Of a DNA stretch of 64,000 nt, positions 30,870 through 41,423 are shown piece by piece; within the stretch, counting starts at the first letter, position 1; each line of letters starts with the position of its first letter. The stretch spans positions 7,452 through 71,451 of the forward strand of contig CAMBUO010000006.1 in assembly GCA_945871105.1 (NCBI GenBank), read 5' to 3'. The translations under genes were made by a program, and so were the position numbers. The stretch is from an uncultured Clostridia bacterium. Lineage in GTDB: Bacteria; Bacillota_I; Bacilli_A; RF39; UBA660. The notes beneath the pieces are model-generated. The model was not told where the DNA came from and ran no database searches. It saw nothing but the letters and a program-made list of their open reading frames with translations.

Positions 30870-32780
30870 TCACTTCCCTACTATGTAATCATCTTCAAGT
30901 GAAAATTCAATATTTTCTTCAATCCATTCTTTTCGTGGTTCGACTTTATCTCCCATTAAAACGGAAACTCTTTTTTCAGCTAGTAATGCATCAGTTATCG
31001 TAACTCTAATTAAAGTACGGGTATCTGGATTCATTGTTGTTTCCCAAAGTTGAATAGCATTCATTTCCCCTAATCCTTTATATCTTTGAGTTAAAATAGG
31101 TTTAGCTTTTTCCCTATCTAAAATATCTTGTTTTTCTTGATCAGACCAAGCATAATATTCCTTTTTACCATAACCAATTTTATATAAAGGAGGACAAGCT
31201 ATATAAAGTTTACCTGCTTCTATTAATGGTTTCATATAACGATAGAAAAAAGTTAATAAAAGAATTTGAATATGAGCACCATCATCATCAGCATCGGTCA
31301 TAATAATAACTTTATCATAATTAGAATCATTAATATCAAAATCCGATCCAACACCTGCTCCAATGGTATGAATAATTGTATTAATTTCTTCATTTTTAAA
31401 TAATTCTTCCATTCTGGTTTTTTCTGTATTTAAAACTTTACCACGTAAAGGTAAAATAGCTTGAAAAGTTCTATCGCGACCACTTTTAGCCGAACCTCCA
31501 GCTGAGTCACCTTCAACTAAATAAAGTTCATTTTTCTTCGGATTCTTGGTTCCTGCCGGAGCAAGTTTGCCACTTAAAAGTTTTTCCTTTTTATCTTTAC
31601 TTTTACCATTTCTTGCTTCATCACGAGCTTTTCTAGCAGCTTCTCTAGCTATTTTACTACGAACCATTTTATCCATAATTGAAACAGCTATTTGTTTATT
31701 CTCTTCTAAGAAAAATTGTAGTTTTTCTGTCACTAAGGATTCAACCGCTGGACGAGCTTGCGGAGTACCAAGTTTACCCTTCGTTTGACCTTCAAATTGT
31801 AATAAAGCTTCCGGAATTTGGACACTAATAATAGCAGTTATTCCTTCTCTTGTATCACTTCCTTCAAGATTTTTATCTTTAGCTTTTAAGAAATTATTCT
31901 TTCTAGCATAATCATTAAAAACCTTAGTTAAAGCCGTTTTAAAACCAACTTCATGGGTACCACCATCACTAGTTTTAACATTATTAACAAAAGACTCAAT
32001 CGTTTCATTATAACTATCAGTATATTGAAAAGCTATTTGCATATTCATTTTATCTTTAGTTCCTTCAAAATAAACCACATTATGTAATGGATTTTTATCT
32101 TCATTTAAATAACTAACAAATTCTTTAATACCTTCTTGATAACAAAAATGTGCTTCACGTCCATCTTCTTGATCAAATATATCAATAGTAAGTCCCTTTA
32201 ATAAAAAAGCCGATTCTTGCATTCTTTCACAAATAGTTGTAAAAGAAAAATTACAAGATTTAAATATTTCTGAATCCGGTAAAAAACGAACTTTCGTTCC
32301 CGTTTTTGAACAAGTACCAACCTTTTTTAAAGGTATATCAACTTTACCACCATCTTTAAAACGAATAAAATATTCACATTTATCCCTGTGAATTGTTACT
32401 TCCATAAAACTTGATAAAGCATTTACAACACTAGCACCAACTCCATGTAATCCCCCGGATACTTTATAACCAGATTCCTCAAATTTACCACCAGCATGTA
32501 AAACTGTATAAATAACTTCTGGAGTAGATTTACCACTAGCATGCATACCAACCGGAACACCACGTCCAAAATCTTCAACCGTAATACTTTTATCTTTATT
32601 AATAGTAATAATTATTCTATCACCATAACCATTTATAATTTCATCAATAGAATTATCAACTATTTCCCAAACCAAATGATGCAATCCTCTTTTATCAGTA
32701 GAACCAATATACATACCCGGTCTTTTTCGAACAGCTTCTAATCCTTCTAATATTTTAATTGAACTTTCATCATATGCCAT
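30870..32780 (-). CDS. parE: DNA topoisomerase IV subunit B
   Basis: GLEAVRKRPGMYIGST, GGLHGVGASVVNALS, and Toprim motifs EGDSAGGSAK and PLRGKVLN. It sits immediately upstream of parC. Confidence 0.85.
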   Translation of the reverse strand: MAYDESSIKILEGLEAVRKRPGMYIGSTDKRGLHHLVWEIVDNSIDEIINGYGDRIIITINKDKSITVEDFGRGVPVGMHASGKSTPEVIYTVLHAGGKFEESGYKVSGGLHGVGASVVNALSSFMEVTIHRDKCEYFIRFKDGGKVDIPLKKVGTCSKTGTKVRFLPDSEIFKSCNFSFTTICERMQESAFLLKGLTIDIFDQEDGREAHFCYQEGIKEFVSYLNEDKNPLHNVVYFEGTKDKMNMQIAFQYTDSYNETIESFVNNVKTSDGGTHEVGFKTALTKVFNDYARKNNFLKAKDKNLEGSDTREGITAIISVQIPEALLQFEGQTKGKLGTPQARPAVESLVTEKLQFFLEENKQIAVSIMDKMVRSKIAREAARKARDEARNGKSKDKKEKLLSGKLAPAGTKNPKKNELYLVEGDSAGGSAKSGRDRTFQAILPLRGKVLNTEKTRMEELFKNEEINTIIHTIGAGVGSDFDINDSNYDKVIIMTDADDDGAHIQILLLTFFYRYMKPLIEAGKLYIACPPLYKIGYGKKEYYAWSDQEKQDILDREKAKPILTQRYKGLGEMNAIQLWETTMNPDTRTLIRVTITDALLAEKRVSVLMGDKVEPRKEWIEENIEFSLEDDYIVGK

Positions 32781-32832
32781 ATCATCACTCCTAAATAAAA
32801 TAATACCTAAGTATTATCCAATAAACACAAAT

Positions 32833-32861
32833 ATTATAACCAATTTTAAAAACTTTGACAA
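32833..32861 (-). promoter_or_regulatory. sigma-70-type promoter of parE-parC
   Basis: Minus strand TTGTCA (32861-32856), 17 nt, TATAAT (32838-32833). The -35 lies inside a 7-bp inverted repeat, TTTGACA-8 nt-TGTCAAA (32854-32875). Confidence 0.55.
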
Positions 32862-32962
32862 GTAAAAATGTCAAACAAAAACTACTTTCTTAAAAAGAAA
32901 ATGGCAAAGAAATAATAATTATTCACTTCATCTTTTTGATAATGATTTTCTAATAAAATAAT

Positions 32963-33796
32963 TTATTTATTTCTGTTTTCTATAAATTTATTTCTATTTT
33001 CTTTTTCTATTTCTTTTAAACTCTTTTTAGGTGTAGGCATATCTTCTGGCATCATACCCCCAATATCAGCAATTGCACGTCTTACTTTTTTACCTACTTC
33101 ATAATGCACATCTTTAACTTCTTTTTCACCTTGAATATTATCTCTTAAAAGTTTTTGTTTAGTTTGATTTATTCTAAATAAATTTGCTACTAATTCATCT
33201 TCTGTCATATTATCTAAAATATCTTCTCTATAACGTAGTTTTTTTCTTTTAAAAATATCATCAGTTATTTCACCATTATATAAACCTCGATAACCAGCAT
33301 TATGAAATTCAGCCATATTTTTAACTCCAGCTGATGAAGCAACTTTTTGTAAGGTATAATTTCCTTGTCTTATTAAATTTCTTTGATAGAATCTTTTTTC
33401 ATCTGCTGATAACAACTCATATTCTTGTTCTGATATTTCTTGTTTTCTTGTTTGAATAGCAAAATATGTTTGACCTAAGGCAACAACTTCTTTACTTGGA
33501 TTGGCATTTTGAACTATTAAATAACATATATATCTTGATAATTTATAATCTTTAATAATTTCTTCTTTTCCATTACCAGTTTTTATTGGCTTGTCGATTT
33601 CAACAACCCAATCTTCTCTATTGGAAATGCTATTATTTGCTGATATTATTGCTTTATCTATTACCTTATGGAAATTTCTCCAATCTTTGTATTCCAATAC
33701 TTTTTGTAATTCCCTTGCATACCAATATTCATTTCCATATTCATCAACATGTTTTATGTTTTCAAAAATTATATTATTTGTTTCTAATTCATTCAT
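32963..33796 (-). CDS. dinD: DNA damage-inducible protein D
   Basis: Collinear similarity to E. coli DinD over the full length as I recall that sequence: YWYARELQKVLEY, LSRYICYLIVQNANP, QTYFAIQTRKQE, FHNAGYRGLYNG, ELVANLFRINQT, VGKKVRRAIADIGGMMPEDMPTP. Confidence 0.88.
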   Translation of the reverse strand: MNELETNNIIFENIKHVDEYGNEYWYARELQKVLEYKDWRNFHKVIDKAIISANNSISNREDWVVEIDKPIKTGNGKEEIIKDYKLSRYICYLIVQNANPSKEVVALGQTYFAIQTRKQEISEQEYELLSADEKRFYQRNLIRQGNYTLQKVASSAGVKNMAEFHNAGYRGLYNGEITDDIFKRKKLRYREDILDNMTEDELVANLFRINQTKQKLLRDNIQGEKEVKDVHYEVGKKVRRAIADIGGMMPEDMPTPKKSLKEIEKENRNKFIENRNK

Positions 33797-33908
33797 TTAT
33801 ATATCCTCCTTATTTAATTTTTTAGTTTTTTTATAAATATTTATAATCTTAAAAAATATAATCTAAACATCTCTTCCCTCCATATATAATATAAAGAAAT
33901 TTTAAGCA

Positions 33909-33945
33909 ACAAAAAAAATAAGATAATTTTTTAAACTATCTTATT
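33909..33945 (-). terminator. Rho-independent terminator after gatB (second of two hairpins)
   Basis: Minus strand AATAAGATA-11 nt-TATCTTATT followed by TTTTTTTTG. A first hairpin, AAGGTGAA-6 nt-TTCACCTT (33969-33990), abuts the gatB stop. Confidence 0.7.
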
Positions 33946-33990
33946 TAATAAGTATTTAGAAATAAATTAAGGTGAAGAAAATTTCACCTT

Positions 33991-35397
33991 TTACTTTAAT
34001 TTTTCTATTAATAAATCATTAGCAAGTTTAGGATTAACACTACCTTTACTTTCTTTCATAACTTGACCCATCAAAAATTTTAAAGATCTTTCGTTTCCAT
34101 TTTTATAATCTAATACAACATTTTCATTATCTTTTAAAACTTTCTCAATTATTTCTAAAACTAAAGTATTATCAACAACATTTTGAATACCTTTTTCTTC
34201 TAATATAGTATCTATTTCTTTATCTGTTTCCATGATATCAAGAACAATATCTTTAAAGTTTTTATGACTTATTTTACCATCATCTAAGTAACTAACTAAT
34301 TTAATCATTTTATCTTTTGTTAATTTAGTTTCTAAAATAGATTTATTTACTTTATTTAAGTAAGCTTGAATATCTCCAAGTAGTAAATTAGATGCTGTTT
34401 TTAAATTTAAATTAGTAAATTCTTCTAAGTAATCAGATAAATCTTTATTAGCAATTAATTTGTTAATATTTATTTCATTTATTCCTGCTTCTTGGTATTT
34501 TTTTCTTCTAATATCAGCTGATACTGGTATATTTTTCGTGACTTCTTCAATCATTTCATCAGTTAAAACTAAATAAGGAATATCTGGTTCTGGGAAATAC
34601 CTATAATCATTTCCAGTTTCTTTAACACGCATTAAAATAGTTTTATCAAGTTTAGCATCATATCTTCTTGTTTCTTCTTGAAGTTTTTCTCCGGCATCAA
34701 GTATTTCGGCTTGTCTTTTTCCTTCATATTCAATAGCAAGTCCTACATTAGTAATTGATCCAATATTTTTAACTTCAATCTTAGTTCCTAAAGTATCTGT
34801 TTTACTAATTGATATATTAGCATCACATCGCATTGAACCTTCTTCAATTTTACAATCACTGACATTAGCATATAATAATAATTCTCTTAATTTTTCTAAA
34901 TATAAAGTTGCTTCTTTGGCAGTATGAATACATGGTTTAGTAACTATTTCAATTAAAGGTACACCTGCCCTATTAAAATCTAATAAAGTTGTTTCTTTGG
35001 AATGAATACTTTTAGAAGTATCTTCTTCGATATGCATTTCTAAAATTTCAATTTTTTTGGTAACTCCATCATCATTTATTTCCACATATCCATCATAGCC
35101 AATTGGAGTTCTTTCTTCAGTTATTTGGAAATTTTTGGGATTATCTGGATAGAAATAATTTTTTCTATCAAAATGTTGTATCTTTCTAATTTTACAATTT
35201 AATACTTTACAAGCCCGAATAGCAAGTAAAATAGCTTCTTTATTTAAAGTTGGAAGAGTTCCTGGATAACCTAAATCAATTATATTAGCATTTGAATTAG
35301 CTAAAGATCCATAGTTATTTAAAGATGGAGAAAATAATTTTTCTTTTGTTTTAAGCTCACAGTGAACTTCAATTCCAATTGTTTTTTTATAACTCAT
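33991..35397 (-). CDS. gatB: Asp/Glu-tRNA amidotransferase subunit B
   Basis: IGIEVHCELKT, NRAGVPLIEIVT and the C-terminal YqeY-like tail. Part of the gatC-gatA-gatB operon order. Confidence 0.92.
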   Translation of the reverse strand: MSYKKTIGIEVHCELKTKEKLFSPSLNNYGSLANSNANIIDLGYPGTLPTLNKEAILLAIRACKVLNCKIRKIQHFDRKNYFYPDNPKNFQITEERTPIGYDGYVEINDDGVTKKIEILEMHIEEDTSKSIHSKETTLLDFNRAGVPLIEIVTKPCIHTAKEATLYLEKLRELLLYANVSDCKIEEGSMRCDANISISKTDTLGTKIEVKNIGSITNVGLAIEYEGKRQAEILDAGEKLQEETRRYDAKLDKTILMRVKETGNDYRYFPEPDIPYLVLTDEMIEEVTKNIPVSADIRRKKYQEAGINEININKLIANKDLSDYLEEFTNLNLKTASNLLLGDIQAYLNKVNKSILETKLTKDKMIKLVSYLDDGKISHKNFKDIVLDIMETDKEIDTILEEKGIQNVVDNTLVLEIIEKVLKDNENVVLDYKNGNERSLKFLMGQVMKESKGSVNPKLANDLLIEKLK

Positions 35398-35400
35398 AGC

Positions 35401-36834
35401 TTATTTCACCTCTTCTACTTTAAATTCTTTTTCAATGAAACTAGCTAATTTATAAATAGTTGCTTCATTGAAATGTTTAGCCATTATTTGCATACCAATT
35501 GGTAAATTATCAATTAAACCAACTGGTAAAGATAAACTTGGAAATCCTCCCATATTAGCATGCATTACTAAAATATCATCCATAAAACATTTTAAAGGAT
35601 CATCCATATTATTATTTAAATCATAAGCAACACGAGAACTAGAAGGTCCAATAATTAAATCATAGTCATTAAATACTTTATCAAAACTTTTCTTTAAATC
35701 ATCTCTTATTTGTAAAGCTTTATTGTAATAAATTTTAGCATTTTCGCCACTTAAAATATAAGAACCAACCATGATACGTCTTTTTACTTCACGACCAAAT
35801 CCTTTACTTCTTGTTTTCTTATACAAATCTTCTAAAGTATTACTATCTTCTTTTAAGCCATAACGAATACCATCAAACCTGGCTAAATTACTACTTGCTT
35901 CACCCATTGCTATTATTTGATATAAAATAGGTGCTTTATCAATATGATTAATATCAACATAATCAACAATGCAACCTTTTTGGATTAAAAAATCACATAC
36001 TTCTTTGATTCTTTCAACAACTTTTGAATCAACAACAGAACTAACAAAGTAATTAGGAACAGCTATTTTCATTCCTTTAATATCTTCACCAATTAATCTA
36101 GTAAAATCTTCCTTAGTTTCAAAACTAGTTAAATCTTTTTCATCTTTTTGACTAATAGCATTTAATAAAATTGCATTTTCTAAGACATTAGTTGTCATTG
36201 GTCCTATTTGATCTAGGCTTGATGCAAAAGCTACTAAACCAAATCTTGATACTCTTCCATAAGTTGGTTTCATTCCAACAATGCCATTAAAACTAGCTGG
36301 TTGTCTAATTGATCCACCAGTATCACTTCCAAGAGCAAATGGGGTAATATGACTAGCAACACAAACAGCTGACCCACCACTTGATCCCCCAGGAACTTTA
36401 TCTTTATTCCAAGGATTAACAGGACAACCAAAATAACTTGTTTCACTAGTTGAACCCATAGCAAATTCATCCATATTGGTTTTACCTATAATAATCATTT
36501 TTTTATCTTTAATTAATTTAACTACACTTGCATCATAAATACTAACAAAATTTTCTAAAATATGACTAGCACAAGTACATTTTAAATCTTTAACCATGAT
36601 ATTATCTTTAATTGCAATCGGAAGACCAAATAATAAATTATCTTTTTCTACTTCTATATTCTCAAGTTCTAAAGCTTGTTTTCTTGCTCCTTCATAATCA
36701 ATTGTAATAAAAGCTCTAGCTTCATTATTACCTATTTTTTCCAATGCTTCTTCAACTAAATCAATTGGTTTAATTTTTTTATTAACTAATAATTCATGAA
36801 TACTTGTAATATCCATTTCTAAATACTTACTCAT
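35401..36834 (-). CDS. gatA: Glu-tRNA(Gln) amidotransferase subunit A
   Basis: Amidase signature GGSSGGSAVCVA...GSDTGGSIRQPA. Confidence 0.93.
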   Translation of the reverse strand: MSKYLEMDITSIHELLVNKKIKPIDLVEEALEKIGNNEARAFITIDYEGARKQALELENIEVEKDNLLFGLPIAIKDNIMVKDLKCTCASHILENFVSIYDASVVKLIKDKKMIIIGKTNMDEFAMGSTSETSYFGCPVNPWNKDKVPGGSSGGSAVCVASHITPFALGSDTGGSIRQPASFNGIVGMKPTYGRVSRFGLVAFASSLDQIGPMTTNVLENAILLNAISQKDEKDLTSFETKEDFTRLIGEDIKGMKIAVPNYFVSSVVDSKVVERIKEVCDFLIQKGCIVDYVDINHIDKAPILYQIIAMGEASSNLARFDGIRYGLKEDSNTLEDLYKKTRSKGFGREVKRRIMVGSYILSGENAKIYYNKALQIRDDLKKSFDKVFNDYDLIIGPSSSRVAYDLNNNMDDPLKCFMDDILVMHANMGGFPSLSLPVGLIDNLPIGMQIMAKHFNEATIYKLASFIEKEFKVEEVK

Positions 36835-37117
36835 CTTTTAACACCTCAACATCAACAGCAATAAAATTACCTTTTTTACATGGTACATTTTCTAAAACAT
36901 TAGCTTCTTCTATTTTTAAACTATCATTTTCTCTTAAAGTAACATCATGACTCCAAGGTGCAATCATTAATTCATCATCAAAATCATCTAATTCTTTGAT
37001 TTTATCTATTTCATCAATCATTTTTTTTAATTCAACTTGATACTTTTCAATTTCTTCTTCACTTGCTTCAAGTCTTGCTAAATTTAATACATGTAATACT
37101 TCTTCTTTAGTTAACAT
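36827..37117 (-). CDS. gatC: Asp/Glu-tRNA amidotransferase subunit C
   Basis: 96 aa. VLHVLNLARLEASEEEIEKY, with an 8-nt overlap with gatA. Confidence 0.88.
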   Translation of the reverse strand: MLTKEEVLHVLNLARLEASEEEIEKYQVELKKMIDEIDKIKELDDFDDELMIAPWSHDVTLRENDSLKIEEANVLENVPCKKGNFIAVDVEVLKDE

Positions 37118-37275
37118 AAATCCTCCAAAACATTTATATTATATAATATATTTAAAAATTAATAAACCTTTAATTAACTTTTTTTCAAAAAAATCCTTAT
37201 TTCATTTGACTTTCCCTTAGTTTTATGATAAAGTTAATAGACGTAAGTTATAAATTAAGAAAAAGGAGTGATATT

Positions 37276-37467
37276 ATGGCAATCAAAGCTACTTCAAAGA
37301 AACCTATGTTTGGTAATCGTCGCAGTCATGCATGTAATGCAACAAGACACATGCAAAAGTTAAATTTACAAAATGTAACTCTTGAAGATGGAACAAAAGT
37401 AAAAGTAACTACTCGTGAAGCTAAAAAATATAGAAAAGATATGAAAGATACACAAGTAACAGACTAG
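37276..37467 (+). CDS. rpmB: 50S ribosomal protein L28
   Basis: AAAAGGAG SD, then ATG at 37276. MAIKATSKKPMFGNRRSHACNATRHMQKLNLQNV matches the L28 core (GN-RSHA-NAT-R). The track start at 37225 is an upstream extension. Confidence 0.9.
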   Translation: MAIKATSKKPMFGNRRSHACNATRHMQKLNLQNVTLEDGTKVKVTTREAKKYRKDMKDTQVTD

Positions 37468-37504
37468 TATCTTCTTTTTTTTATTTTTTTTCATATAGTT
37501 TAAT

Positions 37505-38272
37505 ATGAAAAGAATCATGAATATAACTCTAACTATTCTTTTATTAGTTTTTAGTTTCTATTATACTAATAAAGTATCAAATTATTTAAAAGATAAAGAT
37601 CCTATCATGATAAAAATAAAATCTTTAGAAGCCAAATATAATAAAAATTATTTAAATGCAACTATTTCTAATAATACAATTATTCCAGGTTTAAGTGGAT
37701 CAGTAATTGATATTAATAATAGTTATTTAAAAATGAAAAAAATAAAATCTTTTCAAGAAAATTCTCTTATTTTAAAAGAAATAGAACCCGTTATATCAAT
37801 AAAAAATAATCAAGATAAATATATTATAAGTGGTAATCCTAATAAAAAAAATATAGCTATTTTAATTAAAACTAATAATTTAGATATTCTAAAATATTAT
37901 GAAAATACTAATATAAATTTAATAGTAACTAATACTTTACTGAATAATAATTATAATTATTTTAAAAATATAAATAATAATTTAGTTGTTTATCAAGCTT
38001 ATTTAAAAAAAAATTATAATTTAATCGATTATTGCTACGAAACTTCTTTAGAAAATATTAATATTTGTAGTAATTATAATAAATATACTATTGTTCCAAC
38101 AATTATTAATCATGATTATTATTATAGTACTTATCAAGAACTTAAAAATGGCAAGATCTTTTTATATAATATTTTAAATGATAATAATGTTAAAGAATTA
38201 AATGTTTTAGTAAAAGGACTTAGTAATTTAGGATATAAAATAGTTAGTTTAGATGAATTAATAAAAGAATAA
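37505..38272 (+). CDS. hypothetical membrane-anchored protein (255 aa)
   Basis: N-terminal TM segment (IMNITLTILLLVFSFYY) and an Asn-rich extracytoplasmic domain. It is faintly reminiscent of a degenerate NodB fold but lacks the catalytic DD motif, so I make no functional call. Confidence 0.5.
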   Translation: MKRIMNITLTILLLVFSFYYTNKVSNYLKDKDPIMIKIKSLEAKYNKNYLNATISNNTIIPGLSGSVIDINNSYLKMKKIKSFQENSLILKEIEPVISIKNNQDKYIISGNPNKKNIAILIKTNNLDILKYYENTNINLIVTNTLLNNNYNYFKNINNNLVVYQAYLKKNYNLIDYCYETSLENINICSNYNKYTIVPTIINHDYYYSTYQELKNGKIFLYNILNDNNVKELNVLVKGLSNLGYKIVSLDELIKE

Positions 38273-38299
38273 ACGTTAGAATAATTAAACTCTAACGTT
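38272..38299. terminator. bidirectional terminator between convergent genes
   Basis: AACGTTAGA-10 nt-TCTAACGTT, a 9-bp stem with T-rich tracts on both strands. Confidence 0.7.
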
Positions 38300-38318
38300 T
38301 ATTTTTAGTATTTTATTA

Positions 38319-41300
38319 CTACTCTATTTTTTCATATCTTCCATCAATAATTGAATATAAATATAAATTAATATCTTTATTAGTTTTTGTTTTAATATAT
38401 TCTTTATAACCTAATAATTGTTCCTGATATAAATTATCTTCTATATTTTTTAATTTATAATCAATGATATCAATATAATTATCATGTTCAATCATTAAAT
38501 CAATAATACCATGTTTTTTAATATGATTACTTTCATATATAAATTCATATTCTTTATAAATATTCGTATTATCTAAATTACTAAATAAACAAGAATTAAA
38601 TAACTTAAGAAAATATGGTTGATACTTTTCATCAATTAAAGTTAAATCTTTTTTCTTAAAATCAGTTATTTCTAATAAATAATGTAAATAAGAACCAAAT
38701 TCAAATTTTTCTTTATCTTCTTTAGTTAATAATTGATGATTAGTTTTAGAAAATTTATCTTTTGTTACTAAACTATAATTTATCTTAAGTTCTTCTACTT
38801 CTAATTTATCTTTTATATTAGAACTTTTATTAATATTACTAGTATTAAATAACATGTAATCTTTGGTTAAGTTATAATTATTTAAATCAATGGGTTTTAA
38901 ATAATTAATTAATTTATCTTGTAAAGAATTTAAAATACTTGCTAAAGAATTATATTTAAGACGAATATCTAAACTTACTATCTCCTCTTCACTTATATCT
39001 TCTTCTTTAAAAGTCGTTATTAAAATCATTTTTTCTTTTGCTCTTGTTAAAGCAACATAAAATAATCTAATTCTTTCACTGATATCTTCTTTTAAATAAT
39101 CTTCTTTATATAAAGTATGATAAATGGTATTTAATAAACCATTATCTTTAATAGTAGGTGTTATAAAACCTAATTTATTATCATAAATAAATCTTTGTTT
39201 AAGATCACTTGTATTAAATTTATTATTTAAACCAGTATAATAACAAATAGGAAATTCTAAGCCTTTACTTTTATGAATAGTCATGATTTTTACACTATTA
39301 CTTATTTCTTTATTTAAAGAATATTTAATTTCATCATTATTTTCAATCATCTTCGTTAAATAATTTAAATAATCTTCGTAAGTATAACCTAAATTACTTA
39401 AATTACTACTTAAATCTTTTAAATAGTCTAATCTTATAATTGATTCATTTATATTACCAACTGTTATTAGTTTTTCATAGATAGAAAACTCTTGAATTAT
39501 TTTTTCTATTAATAAAGAAACGGGTATAAAATCAATATCTAAAGTTAATTTTTTTATTTTTTCAATAATAGGATCAAGATCATATTTATTATTTTTAATC
39601 GTTTGATATAAATAATCATCGCTTAAATTAAATAAGTAACTACGACCAATTGATAAGTAAGCATATTTAAATCTATTATCCATTTTTTTCTTTTTATAAT
39701 TATCTAGTAAAAGAAAGATATTTTTTAAAATATATAAATCATTATTACCAGAGATATTTTCATCTTTTAAAATTGTTAAAGGAATATTTAAATATTCAAA
39801 TATTTTTTTATATAAATCAAAACTAGTTGATTTATCAATTAAGATAACAAAGTCATCATAAGTAATATTTCTTAATACTTTTTTATTTTTATCAAATACT
39901 TGATAATTATTATTTACTTTATCTAAGATATCATAACCGGTTATAAAAGCTTCTACTTCATCTTTGGAGTAAGTTTTATCCGTTAATTCATAGTTATAGA
40001 TTTCAAAGTTATAATCTTGATTATCTTTTTTATTTTCTGTATAAAGAGTATTACCAAAGACCATTTGATGACTATTTGAATAATCAGCTCCTCCCATTTC
40101 TAAATCCATAATGGAATTAAAAATATAATTAATATTATTTAAAGTTTCTTCTCTTGATCGAAAGTTTTTTACTAAATCAATTTTTAAACCACCTAAATGA
40201 TTACTATAATTAACATATTTTTCTTTAAAAAGATTAGGATTAGCATTACGAAAACGATAAATAGATTGTTTAATATCCCCTACCATATAAACATTATTAT
40301 TACTAATTAAAGAAATAAATAACTCTTGTAAGTCACTAGTATCTTGATATTCATCAACTAATATTTCATGAAAACTATTTTTAAGTTCTAATAAAACTTC
40401 TTTATTATCTTTAACAATTGAAATAGCCATTTTACTAATATCTAAAAAGTCATATAAGTTATTTTGCTTTTTAAAGTCTAAAAATTCTTGATCTAATTCT
40501 TGAATAATTTGAATAATCACTTGAACATAATCATAAGTATTTTTTAAAGAATTAAAAATCTCTTCTCTACTATCATAAATAGTTAATTTCTTTAAATCAC
40601 TAATTAACTTGGTAATATTTTCTTTTAAAGGTTTAACATCATCCATACCTTTTTTTAATCTTGGTAAACTAAAATCTAAACTATTTTTAATCTTATCATA
40701 AGTTAAACTATTTACTAAAGGTTCTAAAACGAGATAGAAATCATGATAAAAATCACCATCAACGATTAATTCTAATTGACTTAAATTTTCTTTAATTTTT
40801 TCTATTTTTTTAAGTAAAATATTTTCATATTCTTTAATTTTTTCTTTTAAATAATCATCTTGATAAAAAGTATCTAAATAGGTATTTAAATAAGTATCTT
40901 TATCATATTTTAAATTAATCTTTGCGTCCATATTTAAAATATAATCTTTTATTTTTTGATCGTCTCTTGTTGTGAAATCTTTAATTAGTTTTAAAAATAA
41001 AGGATCTTTTTTAGTATATAATTCTTGAAAAATATTATCTAAGATTTTTTCTTTTTCCCATTTTAATATTAAGGAATCAGCAATTTCTACATCTTGATTT
41101 ATATTTAAAAGATAATGATATTTCTTAACAACGGATAAAGAGAATGAATCAAAGGTTGTAATGTAACTAGAATCAATTTTATCAAGTTGATCAAATAATT
41201 CATTTTCTTTAATAGCTTTCCTGATTCGATCTTTCATTTCTTTTGCTGCTGCATTAGTAAAAGTTAAAATTAGTAATTTTGATACATCTTCACCATGTTT

Positions 41301-41423
41301 TAATTTTTGAATAACTCTTTCGGTTAAAACAGCTGTTTTTCCTGATCCTGCTCCAGCTGAGACAATAATATTTTGTCCTGATTCATCAATTGCTTGTTGT
41401 TGTTCCTTAGTCCAATGTGGCAT
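38319..41423 (-). CDS. addA: ATP-dependent helicase/nuclease subunit A (AddA/RexA)
   Basis: UvrD-type Walker A AGAGSGKTAVLTERV, ILVDEYQDTS, and the C-terminal PD-(D/E)XK motif GIIDLMIEHDNYIDIIDYKLK. Start set at the ATG 9 nt after GAAGGAG. Confidence 0.85.
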   Translation of the reverse strand: MPHWTKEQQQAIDESGQNIIVSAGAGSGKTAVLTERVIQKLKHGEDVSKLLILTFTNAAAKEMKDRIRKAIKENELFDQLDKIDSSYITTFDSFSLSVVKKYHYLLNINQDVEIADSLILKWEKEKILDNIFQELYTKKDPLFLKLIKDFTTRDDQKIKDYILNMDAKINLKYDKDTYLNTYLDTFYQDDYLKEKIKEYENILLKKIEKIKENLSQLELIVDGDFYHDFYLVLEPLVNSLTYDKIKNSLDFSLPRLKKGMDDVKPLKENITKLISDLKKLTIYDSREEIFNSLKNTYDYVQVIIQIIQELDQEFLDFKKQNNLYDFLDISKMAISIVKDNKEVLLELKNSFHEILVDEYQDTSDLQELFISLISNNNVYMVGDIKQSIYRFRNANPNLFKEKYVNYSNHLGGLKIDLVKNFRSREETLNNINYIFNSIMDLEMGGADYSNSHQMVFGNTLYTENKKDNQDYNFEIYNYELTDKTYSKDEVEAFITGYDILDKVNNNYQVFDKNKKVLRNITYDDFVILIDKSTSFDLYKKIFEYLNIPLTILKDENISGNNDLYILKNIFLLLDNYKKKKMDNRFKYAYLSIGRSYLFNLSDDYLYQTIKNNKYDLDPIIEKIKKLTLDIDFIPVSLLIEKIIQEFSIYEKLITVGNINESIIRLDYLKDLSSNLSNLGYTYEDYLNYLTKMIENNDEIKYSLNKEISNSVKIMTIHKSKGLEFPICYYTGLNNKFNTSDLKQRFIYDNKLGFITPTIKDNGLLNTIYHTLYKEDYLKEDISERIRLFYVALTRAKEKMILITTFKEEDISEEEIVSLDIRLKYNSLASILNSLQDKLINYLKPIDLNNYNLTKDYMLFNTSNINKSSNIKDKLEVEELKINYSLVTKDKFSKTNHQLLTKEDKEKFEFGSYLHYLLEITDFKKKDLTLIDEKYQPYFLKLFNSCLFSNLDNTNIYKEYEFIYESNHIKKHGIIDLMIEHDNYIDIIDYKLKNIEDNLYQEQLLGYKEYIKTKTNKDINLYLYSIIDGRYEKIE

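Noticed and set aside
33841-33870. 9-codon minus-strand uORF (MFRLYFLRL) with a GGAGGG SD in the dinD upstream region.
   Set aside because: It is too short and compositionally trivial. I saw no attenuator or terminator structure coupled to it, so it is likely a chance ORF in AT-rich spacer.
33797-33990. LexA (Cheo-box) operator upstream of dinD.
   Set aside because: Neither strand of the spacer contains a GAAC-N4-GTTC-like motif.
37505-38272. Calling the 255-aa membrane protein a polysaccharide deacetylase.
   Set aside because: There is only a vague spacing resemblance (IAILIKTNNLDILKYY..INLIVT). The catalytic TFDDG and His motifs are absent, so I left it as hypothetical.
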